This document shows, in pieces, positions 12,401-24,400 of a stretch of 60,000 nt of DNA. A model generated the notes under the pieces. That model was given only the letters and a program-made list of their open reading frames with translations, did not search any database and had not been told where the DNA came from. How positions within the stretch are numbered: the first letter of the stretch is position 1; each line of letters begins with the position of its first letter. Position numbers and translations under genes: made by a program. The stretch comes from Malacoraja senta (lineage: Eukaryota). The DNA is taken from contig CM075993.1 of the NCBI GenBank assembly GCA_038087875.1, positions 4,714,001 to 4,774,000 of the forward strand. Direction: 5' to 3'.

Positions 12401-15400
12401 CGTAGCCAGGATCAAACCAGGGTCTCAGGCGCTGTAAGTGCTGTAAGGCAGCAACTCTACCTCTGTGCCATCGTGCCACCACAGGAACTAACCAATCTCC
12501 TGACCCACATGTTGCTGCCAGTGAGGCCAACTTATTGTCATCTGCAGTATTTTGGTGTTAAATCAGGAGCTGTTTGTGTTAAACTAATTGGCCTTGGAGA
12601 GCTGCACATGAATCAGTTTGTGAAGTTTGCAAACCTGGCCCTTTCACGAGCAGCATCTTCTCTTGCTCTCTCTTTCTCTTGTCGTTGTTGCTCAACTCGC
12701 GCCTCCTGTTCCCTTCGTTTCAACAACAGTTCCTCCACACGAGCCTGACGTTCTGCCTCCAGCGCTCGTTTGCGTTCCTGCATTCAGACACATTTGTATT
12801 CAGATTTTATTTCATCATCTAAAGCAGTAATATCAACAACAACAAAAATACTACATATAACAAATTTCCGATATTTATATGCTTTTGCCATATCCACAAT
12901 GCCAGTATTGCATAATCCACAATGCTAGCTGCTTTCCACAAATTAATCAAACATTTATTCATTCATCTGAAACTGCAGGCAGCGTCTTTTCCACCTGGCC
13001 ACAAACCTAATTTTATTGACAGTCATTCGATAACATTCAGGATCACTAGCCATGGCTACATTATGCCACCAGAGATGCAATCAATTTTTTCACCACATTT
13101 GAAAGTGAGCACCACCAAATATAGGAACAGCTGCTTTCCCATCTGTTATCAGGCTTCTGAATAAACCTCCCATAAGCTCAGGCAATGAACGATTCACCTC
13201 TACCCCATTGTTGTTCTTGGATTTTGTCTATGGAATTGATGCACTGCAATGCTGAGAACTATATTCTGCACTCTGTATCTTCCCCTATGCTCAATCAACT
13301 GCACTCGAACTTTACATCGGGAGCCTGGGATCTCGCGACGAGATCGCCAGTGGTGGAGCTCCATCGAGCGCGGCCTGTCGGCTTCGGAAGCCGCGGACTC
13401 CGGTAGGGAGACGGCCGTTCCAGGTGTCCCAAGCTGCTGAGAGGGTTCTCCCGACGCCGGAGCACCATCACCCGGTGAAGAAGGGCCTGTAACATCGGCC
13501 CCCATAGCGGCGACTGTGGAGGCCTATATAGGCCGGACTATGGGTGGACAAGGGGATATGGACTGGACTTTGTGCCTTCCCCCACAGTGGGATCCATTGT
13601 GGGGGGATGTTTTTATGTTTTATGTTACATTTCTTTAATGTTGTGTCTATTTGTGCTGCATGGCAAGAACAAATTTCACTACACCATTTGGTGTATGTGA
13701 CAATAAATGTCCTTTGTCCTTTGTCCTTTGTCGAGTATGAACTGATTGTATCTATATATGGAAGGTAGACAAAAAAGCTGGAGAAACTCAGCGGGTGAGG
13801 CAGCATCTATGGAGCGAAGGAATAGGCGACATTTCGGGTCGAGACCTTTCTTCAGACTCGGGATATATGGTACATTTGATCTGATTGTTTTGCATGCTAA
13901 CCAAAGCTTTTTACTGTACATCCGTACATGTGACATCTATAAACCTAAACCATATCTGGTAACCCCAAAGAGAGCAAACATTGAAACTGAACATTCCCAG
14001 GTATATAGGCCTGTTACTTGTGAGCCAAAAGTTATTATAGCTATGGGCAATTAGTGCAATCTCACCCAAATTATTTAATTTTAAGGGTGAGGTCTGGTCT
14101 TTCTGGTTAAATTAACTAAAGATATATTTAAGAAGGAACTGCAGATGCTGGAAAAATCTAAGGTAGACAAAAATGCTGGAGAAACTCAGCGGGTGAGGAA
14201 GCATCGATGGAGCGAAGGAATAGGTGACGTTTTGGGTCGAGACCCTTCTTCAGACTGATGTGGGGTGGGGGGGAAGGGGCGGGAAAAATATTTACATTTG
14301 ATGTCCATAAGAATAATCATTCAGATGACAACAAATTCCATTGCGTATAATGATGATCAATACTAATTATACCAAACTATGAAGAGAGATTCTAACATTG
14401 TAACAACAGACAAAACTGAAACACCGTTAAAATATTTCAGTTAATAATTTTCAAGTACAATTATTATTGTAATTATTTGTATAAAGTGCAAGTGAAACGA
14501 ATTTGCCAGCAGCGGTACAATGAAAAAAGAACATACAAAAACACAATAAAAATTTGACACAAACATCCACCACAGCATTCATCACTGTGGTGGAAGGCAC
14601 AAAATTTGGCCAGTCCTCCTCCATTTCCCCCCGTGGTCGGGACCTCAACAGTAGCTTCCTCTCCTTGGGGGTAGAGAAGACCCCTTTGTGCATCAGATAT
14701 TATGGGGTCTTTAACTTCCATCTGAACCTCCACAGAAGCCTTATTGTCTCATTTATCTGTGGGTCTCACCTGCACGGCCTCATCACGTGCTTGCTTCTCT
14801 TCTTGCCGACGATGCCTTTCTTCTTGCAATTCATTCAGCCGCTGTTCATACTCTTTTACTTTTGCAAGAACATCGTGACGCTTGTTCTGCGCTTCCAATG
14901 TGTTGATGAAAGCAATTTCATTAACCTGAAAGGGGAAAACACATGTGTAGGAAGGAACTGCAGATGTTGGCTTAAACCAAAGATAGACACAAAAAGCTGG
15001 AGTAATCCAGCGGGACAGGCAGCAACTCTGGAGAGAAGGAATGGGTGACGTCTCGGCCCGAAACGTCACTTATTCCTTCTCTCCAGAGATGCTGCCTGTC
15101 CCGCTGGATTACTCCAGCTTTTTGTGTCTATCTTCGGGAAAACACATAAATAGTTTACCATTTAACCTGAAATACAATGACATTTGTAAACATGACTGGT
15201 TATTGTTCTTTAACTAGCTATGTACTTTTCCCCCTCAAGACAGGTTAAGATGTACCAACAGAACCTTGCTTTAATTCCCAGCTTGCATTGGATCTTTTTA
15301 ATTACCTCTGTAAATTGCCTCTCGTGTGTAGGAGTGGATGCAAAAGTGGGATTACATGGAGCAAGCGTGAAGGGTGAACAATGGTCGGAAAAGACTTGGT

Positions 15401-18400
15401 GGGTGAAGGGCCTGTTTCCATGCTGAATCTCAAAACTAAAATATTCATGGCTCAGGGTCCCCAAAGATGCAAGGGCAATTCAGAGTTAACACCAGGATAA
15501 TGAGCATATAACATTCTCAGATTTCTATTAAATTTCTATTATTGAATTACATCGTAAAGATCTCCCCATTATTCTGCACCAGGCCATAACACTGCTGACC
15601 ACTGCTTGGGATTCATGAACCAACAAAGCAATATCTCTAGAATGATCCTGTACCTTGGCTTCTTCCTCCTGTGCTTTTTTTACAATGGCTTGCAGTTGCA
15701 ATTCTCGTTTCAGTTCAGCGTGAAGTAGCTTTTCCTCCATCATTTTTCTCCTCTGTTCCAGCAGCTCCCCTTTCCATTTTCGCACTTCTTTCTCCTAAAG
15801 GCAGTGAGGATGGGTTAGGCAGTATTATACATGTAACACTTGCTTTTACTTGCATTTTAACACAGAAATGTCGAAGAATGATATGATGAATGTGGAGGTT
15901 GGTGGGGTAAAACGCAAGGATCAATTGAACTCTGATGAATACAGGGCAAATCAACAGGGATCGATGTTAGAAGACTGAGGGGGAGGTAACATTGAAACAT
16001 ACAACATTCTGACACAATCAAAAGGCTGGATGCAGGGAGGATATTTTCCCTAGCTCTAAAATCTAGAACCAGGGCTCTCGCTCTCAGGATATGGGGCAAC
16101 ATATTTATGATTTGAGACGAGGAGATTTTTTTACTCAGCAGGTGATAAACCTGTAAGAATTCTCCAGCACAGAAGTAATGGCAGCAAAGACATTGAATAT
16201 AATTAATGGAGAGATTGATTTCAAGACACAAAAAGGCATCGAAGGATATGGGGAGGGAACCAAAATATGGAATTTGGAGTTAGGATCAATTTGTATTGAG
16301 TGGCAGAATCATCTATTCCTACCCCTGTATTTCTAGCTCGTTAGCACTAAGCACTTTGGTTGGGGATATTACTAGAAGCCACAGAGGTTTCTTCTACTCT
16401 GATCTACCAGGCTCTGTCTGAACAGCAGAGGATACTTCCTACATTTCCAACATGGCAGCTATCTATGGAGCAGTAATTAGTGGCTTCTCAGACTTGAAAT
16501 CAGTGCAAATAGATGCAATTTTGCTTTGTTCCATTCACCCATCTGAAAACTAGTGCGGCACGATGGCGCAGCGGTAGAGTTGCTGCCTTACAGCGCCAGA
16601 GTCCCGGGTTCGATCCTGGCTACAGGTGCTGTCTGTACGGAGTTTGTATGTTCTCCCCGTGACCTGCGTGGGTTTTCTCCGAATACTTTGGTTTCCTCCA
16701 AAGACGTAGAGGTTTGTAGGTTAATTGGCTTGGTATATAAATGTAAAAATTGTCCCTAGTGTAGGATAGTGTCAATGTGCATGGATCACTGGTCGGTGCG
16801 GACTCAGTGGGCCGAAGGGACTGTTTCCACGCTGTATCGCTAAACTAAACTAAATTGAGACGGCAGTAACTCATACAATATTTAGAAGGAACATTCAGCT
16901 TTTCAGTGTGAGTTCCAATCACATCACAGAAAGAGGTTAAAACCTAACCCCCTGTGCACTTCCACTACTACATTTCTCACAGGCCGGAATTGAAACCGCT
17001 CTGCTTACCCGCTCCAACAATTTCTGTAGTTTCATAGTTTTCTCTTCTCTTAGTTTCTCACGAAGCTGTTGAGCTTTTAACTGCTTTTCCTCGTGTTTCC
17101 TTTTTGATTCTGCAATCGTCCTGTCAGTAGGAAATTTGAAAAGGCCATATTAGGGTTATTATTGTATCTAAAACCTTGTAATTTGGTTTACTCTGCAAAT
17201 GACAATCACAATACTGAATTACAGCTTAATGGTAATTCTGTACTGTGATAAGTAATTTAAGTCAGTAATTAATCTTAGTCACATTTTCCGCGATGGTGAG
17301 GAGAGCTTCTCGTGCATCTGGATGGCGTGTCCTGGTGGTCGTGCTGGTTCTTCCTCCACAATATCTCCCCACGATGTGCTCTGGCGCCAAGGTTCACGTG
17401 CTAAGAAAAGAATAATAATAAATCTTTGTGTAAAAAATCCAGCTGTTCCCAAGTTATTTCTCAGTAGGTTCTGGCAAAACCATAAACTGTCTTTTCCTTT
17501 CAGGCACTTCATCCAAAGCATCGCCTGTGGTTGTTTGGAAAGGTGCCATAAATAGGGAAGCAGGTGTTGGGGGAGGTGGAAGAGTGAACCAGTGGTTCAC
17601 AAAAGGGATGGTCCCTTTTAAATGCCTAAGAAGGAAGGGAATGGAAGATACACCAGATGGTGGCATCTTGTTGAGTGAGTCCATGAGATTTCTAGATGAT
17701 CCATTGAATATGGCGACTGGCGGGACGGAAGGCAATATATTCGCTGAGGGAAAAGGGGTAGGGCAAGGACATCCACGAGACCTTGTCAAGATCTGACGGA
17801 GGAGAAGCCACGGAAGCATATTGTGGAACCGCACAGATACAACAGATTTGAATAAACTGGAAGAACCAAAATGGAGTGCGAGTAAGAAGGTGGCAAGATA
17901 GATGTAGGAGAGCGAATTAACAACAGGGATGACATTAACCATGATCCAGTTTCCAGAGAGGGTCAAAAAACTATCAAGGTTGAAACTAAACTAAACTAAA
18001 TAATCAGATATGCCCAATAAAAATAAAAATAAACAAAAGAAATCTTTTTTTTTACCTTATCTGGTTTCAGAAAAATGACCTTCAGGAGAAAGATGCTATT
18101 CACATCAATCTATCCTTACCAGCAGAACCTGGTCTCAGGAACATAAGCCTGTCTGACTCTTTTAGGCACTTGTCAAGCATAGTTGTGGTAAATTCAAGAG
18201 GAAATTAAGTTGTGCAAATACCATCTGTTGCTCAATAAAATTACAAACAAAAGAATAAGAGGAACATGGAATCTTGGCTGCCAACAATATTGGCATTCAA
18301 AAGCGTTCACACCAGACCACAGGTTTAGGATCAAATGGCTGTCACTTCCCAACAGTTATTTGTGGGCCGTCCATGTTGAAACAAAATACAGTGAACTCTC

Positions 18401-21400
18401 ATTTAGTCAAAGTACAAATACAGATGACAAAGCTATGAAGCACGTACCTTCATACTCTGCCAACACATCATTCCAGTCCAGATTTTGAGATTGGGCCGAG
18501 AGACCATAGAGAGATAAGCTGCCGCTGCTCATGCTGGCCTACGGAAAAAAATGGATTTGACCCACTATTCTTGCAATTTGAGTGCACAAATGGAACCATT
18601 TTATTACAAATTGAGCTGAATTACCTGCCAGAGATCCTACCGAAAGAACATTTAATCTTTCAAGTAATAATGAAGCATCCAAACCAAGCTGTTCCAATCC
18701 GCAAAATACCTGGACAGCAGTGTGTTGTTCCACTTTGAGATACTTATTAAATCTTTTAAACATTTTCTGAACCATGCATTAAAAAAAAGACCCATCTATC
18801 AAATGGGTATGGAAAGATGCTTCTTAAACTGTAAATTTCTTTTAAAAAATATAGATATGTTAGCAAATCGAAGAAAGGTTCAAAAGCAATAATATTTTTT
18901 AGTTGTTGGGGATTTTAAACTTTCCCAATTGCCTTGAAGTAATGGGCTAAGATGGGAAAGTGCGTCCAAGATTTGTTTTTAGATAACGTACAAGGAGTCC
19001 TACTGGAGATGGGGCAGTACTTGACAGTATTTTGGTAAATTAAACTGAACAAATTGTGGATGAGTCAATGGGGAACACTTTCAGAACACTGACCATAATT
19101 CTGCAGGATAGCAAAATAATTTATAGTTCAGAAATGATTTTGCACATATGGTACTCCACTCTGTCTGACACGGGAATGAAGATAAGTATATCAATAACAA
19201 TAGACAAATTCTATTGTTGCTTTTCCGACTTGCAAACTATTTGGGTATGAAGAGTTCACAGTAAAGGGACCCTGCCATAACCTGAAGGCAACCTGTATAA
19301 ATATATCCTTCAGAGTTCCCAAAAGGGCCTTCAATAATATAATTAGAATATAGAAAAGAGACTTAACTGTATTTGAATTTATTACACTACAATTATATGG
19401 ATTGACACAAACATTCCAGAAATGTGAAGTTATTTCCAGTGAGTAAATGCGCCACCATTTGCAACGCAAAACTACACAGAATCTGGGGTATTGCAGGTCT
19501 GATTCTTAGTTGTTATTGTAATAACTCATCTCGACGGGGCTAGCAACAGCATCAGTAGAAATTGTCTTACCAACGTTCTTGATCTAGATCACTAAGCATT
19601 GACGCCTGGTGAATTTATGAACATCTAAACAACCAACCTATCTGTATTTGGTACCTGAGTTATGAAGCAGGAATGCAGCCATGGTTTTAGTTGTAGTAGT
19701 TTGCCAATATATGGAACTCACCATAGCAATTTCAGTAAAAAGTGTAAAAATTGATCATATAGGATATTAAGGGTGAAGGGTAACTAGAATAGTTCTTTGG
19801 AGAAGCACTCAGACCGTACTCACTGAGAACTCGCTTTCAGCATCAGTCTCCAGATTTATGTCATTACTTTCCTCTGCTTGAATTTCTCTTGTTAATTGTT
19901 CCTCCTCGGCAATGGCATTAGCAATTGCTTCTTCGTTCTCCTTTTCCAAACGGTTTGCCAGCTCCTCTCCTTTGGCAAGAACTGCGGCCATAGACTGCTG
20001 CAGAAGAAAATGATTGCGTTTACTCAGGTCATCTGCAATACCTCTTGTGTGACATTTACAAGAGTAACAGGCATCGTGAAGCCAGGCTCCTCCTTTGGTA
20101 GATGATATTGTGTTCGAGTACAAAAAGTTTAAGAGTTGTATAATATAGTACTCATTTATACAGAAGCAGAGTACCATGCTGTGGAATAGACCACATCATT
20201 ACAGTTTGCATTGAATGAGTGATTTGATGTTCATTGATAATCCATCCATTCAAGCCTCAAAAAGGCTGCCAACATCATCAAGGACCCACAACATCCTGGC
20301 CACACACTCATCTCTCCGCTGCCATTAGGTAGAAGGTACAGGAGCCTGAAATCTGCAACATCCAGGTTCAGGAACAGCTTCTTCCCCACAGCCATCAGAC
20401 TATTAAACAAACTCTGAACAATAACAGCCTATTGCACTTTATCTGTTTATTGATGTGTGTGTATATATATATTCTATGGTATATGGTCACACTGATCTGA
20501 TCTGTATTTATGACTACAATATCCTGTTGTGCTACAGCAATGCAAGAATGTCATTGTCTTATCTGGGACACATGACAATAAACTCTCTTGACTTGAAGTA
20601 TAGGTAATCAAGTATTAGATGAAAAGACAGAAGTTTATTACACAGCTCCAAACAATTTTTCCAAGTGGAAAGTATTAACGGCTGAACATTGGAAGGATTA
20701 GCCGGTTCCAAAATAAATACTGATGTGATTAGGAGGAATGAATTTGACTTATGAAGAAGGGTGACAAATAATACAAAGCTGCCAGAAAAATACTCATGCT
20801 GCTCTCAAGATCCATAGAGTGCCAAGTAAATCCTGTAGGAATAATAGAACTTTATTCCAGTTAAACATTGAGCATTAGGCAATTCCATAATCTCAATCAA
20901 TCAATATATTCTTTGCTTCTGTGTTTCTCTTACATTCTGTGCTTCTCTTACATTCAAGATGAAACATTTTCCAATTAGGCATACTCTTGATGAGGACCTA
21001 GATTTAGGACCTGGATTAAGTGCTATAATCTCAGAACAAGGTAAACACTTTTAATCCATTCCAAAAAAAAAAGACACAGAGTGCTGGAATAACTCGGCAG
21101 ATCGGGCAGCATCTCTGGAGAACATGAAAATGTGACGTTTCGGGTCGGGTCCCAGTGGTGGGGAGGGGAGAGAACTGGGAGGGATGTGGGCCAGGGCTAA
21201 GCTTGGCAGGTGGTAGGTGGATATAGGTGGGGCGGGGCGGGAGAAGGGGTTGATTGGCAGATGGTTGAACAAAGGTCAGAGAGGAGAAGACAAAAAGTGT
21301 GAGATAAGGATAGAAGAGGTCATAAGGTCATGTGATAGGAGTAAGAATAAGGCCATTCAGCCCATCAGGACCACTCTGCAGTTCAATCATCGCTGGTCCA

Positions 21401-24400
21401 TCTCTCCCTCCTAACACCCATTCTCCTGCCTTCACCCCATAACCTCTGACACCTGTACTAATCAAAAATCTATCTAACTCTGCCTTAAAAATATCCACTG
21501 ACTTGGCCTCCTCAACCTTCTGTGGCAAATAATTCCACAGATTCACCATCCTCTGACTGAAGACATGTCTCCTCATCTTCCTAAAAGAACATCATTTGAA
21601 TCTGAGGCTATGACTTCTAGTCCTAGACTCTTCCACTAGTGGAAACATAGTGGATATATGGAAACAAAGAGGTACAAACTGTGAAGCCAGAGGAAATGAA
21701 TGTAGGTGGAATGGAACAGGAGGAGGGGGGAGGTGAGAAAGGGTGGATTTCCAGGTGGGGCACATGTGAATCCAGGTGGGGAAGAAAGGGGCAAATCCTG
21801 ATGGGCACAGGGAAGTGAGGGGTTGAATCTAGGTAGGGCACAGGCAAGAGAGGGGCAAATATAATGGGTCACAGGCAAGACGTGAGGGGGCAACAAATCG
21901 TTAAAACCTGTGTTTAATTCGCTTTATTGCATAATTCCCCTCCCTTTGGTGCTGCTGAGAGGATTCCGCATGCTGGAGTGTGGTTCTACATACACCCGAG
22001 GCATAATTTACAGCACAACCAAACTTTGCATCTGAACCTCAACCTAAACTTTCCTAGCAAGGAAGCCTTCCGATGAAGAGGATATCATAGACCTGGTAAC
22101 AAATTCACACAACAGATCCAGATCAGTAAGGGGTCCTGTCTAATTAATTTCCTTCTCAGCACAGGTACATAGAAGTACCTCTTGAACCTTTCTCCGATTG
22201 AATTAGCACAGACAAAAGAATTACATCTAGGGATTATGTTCCAATGACTTAGTGCTACAACTCAGGATAGGTTTACTCATTATGTCACCGGAGTTACAAA
22301 ACTTTTTTATAATCAGCTCCCTAATCCTCCAGTACTCTAACATTATTCTTGTGCCTGAAGCAAAGTTAACTTTAGTCCATCATGAAATTAAATTTGTTGC
22401 AACAAAACAGGGGAGAAGGGGAGGGGGGGGGGGGAGAGAGAGAAGGAGTGGAGACACTTTTAAGAAGCCAGACAACTTTTAATGAAGTTTAGCGGGCATT
22501 TAACATTACCGGTCGGTTTTCCTTGGTTCTGAAAATTCCAATGAGCCAATTGAAATGCCCGGTCAGCAAAGGAGATCGCCTACGGCTACCTCGACTGCCT
22601 AGCGACCCCACTCCACTGCACTACGAGTTCAGAAGAACCATGCCGACCAATTTTTACCCGCGGAAAATTTTTCAGCATGCTGAAAACTTTTCCTCGACCT
22701 AACTGAGGCCACGAGTATGCGGGAACTTCCCTCGAGCTTGAAGGAGAGTTAAGCGGCTGTCCCACTGCGGCGACCTAATCTGTGAGTTTAGACGAGTTTG
22801 CCCTCGACTCAAACTCGGTTACATGGTCCTAGGAGGTCATATGAGGTCACTGGAACTCTCCTTCATGCTCGAGGGAAGTTCCCGAATACTCACGGCCTCA
22901 GTTAGGTCACAGAAAATTTTTCAGCATGTTGAAACATTTTCTGCGAGTAAAATTTGGTCGGCATGGTTCTTTTTAAACTCGTAGTGCAGTGGAGTGGTGT
23001 CTCCATTTAGTTACAGGCAGTCGAGGGCAGCCGTAGGCAATCTCCTTCGCTGACCAGGCATTTTGATTGGCATATTGGAGTTTTCAGGGCCAAGGAAAAC
23101 CGACCGGTAGGTAAAATGCCCGCTAAACTTTATTATACTTCTTAAAAGTGTCTCCACCCCTTCTCTCCCCCTCTCTCAAGGACTTACCAGACACTGTGCA
23201 GCCGTCTTTTACCTTCCTCTTCATCGCGGGTGTGAATTTCAGACAGCGCTCCCCCACTTTCCCTGGCCCCCCGCTGTGTGTGCGTGCGTGTGTGTGCATG
23301 CGTGCGTGTGTGCGCAAACTCTTCCAAACTCGCAAATTAGGTCGCCGCAGTGGGACAGGCCCTCTAGGAGCAATTTTTACATGGCTCACTTGAAAATCAA
23401 AATATTAACCATTTTTGTAATGGTTAGGCAATTTTTCTAATGGAACTTCAGTGAAACGGAAATGTGAAATACAAGTGATTGCCATCTTTTGTACAATTGA
23501 ATTCCAAAAACATTAGGAAGAATGATTGCAATAGGCGGTTAGGGATGGACAATAAACGCTAGCCATACTAGACTAGAAATATCCACACTCCACAAATTGA
23601 AAAATTCATCACTTATCATGGAGAAAGAGATTAAGAAAGGACAAAAAAAAATTGGTTGAAGTAGAATATAATAGCTTTCAAGATTTCTATAGCTGGTTAT
23701 TTTGAACAAATATGGTACATTAATCATTATATATCTGCAGACTGCAATACTAAGAGTTTTTGGAACAATTTAATTTAACTGGGACATATTCACCTAATCT
23801 ATTCAGGAAAATTGGATTTTCATAATTTTAAAATGTCAACTTGGTACAGTTTACAAGTGTTCATTCCGGTTGTGTTATTCTGAACTCTGAGCCCCTGCTG
23901 TCAACAGTAACCTTGTGCTATTGCCCTGACTGTCAGCATTGTTTACATAGACCTACATCCTTTATCCTTTTGGCGTTTTCACCAAACAGCCGAGAGACAA
24001 CAGACATGGCCCTTTCGTGAATTATGTTAAGAGTGCCTTACCAACATGGAGATGTGTGAGGAGGTAAAAGGATTGGCCCCTTATTAAAGAAAGATAACAT
24101 CAGGTCGTATTGAAAAACACATCAATGTAAATTTGTAAGATCTTTAGGATAACTTTTCATCAAATTAGAAATATACAGAATTTAAATATTTTCACACTAT
24201 AAATTGCAAAAGTTAACTATTTCCCCCAAATGTGTGGAAAGTTGGCCAGCATTAATTTTCTTCAAAAATTTGCTCTTTTTGTTTGTATCAGAACTGGTCA
24301 GTTCTGCTGTTAGGTAAGTATTATAATATAAAAGCTGATTTTCTCTCCCGATAGATACTGCCAGCACTCCCTCCTCAGTGTTAAAGAAGGAACTGCAGAT

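Noticed and set aside
15159..15166. Possible 8-nt microexon (tttcag|GTTAAATG|gtaaac on -)
   Set aside because: It would shift the frame between two phase-0 exons, has a weak donor and has no supporting evidence.
16554..16625. tRNA genes at SINE heads
   Set aside because: The A/B boxes continue into SINE body and tail, with no complete cloverleaf or terminator.
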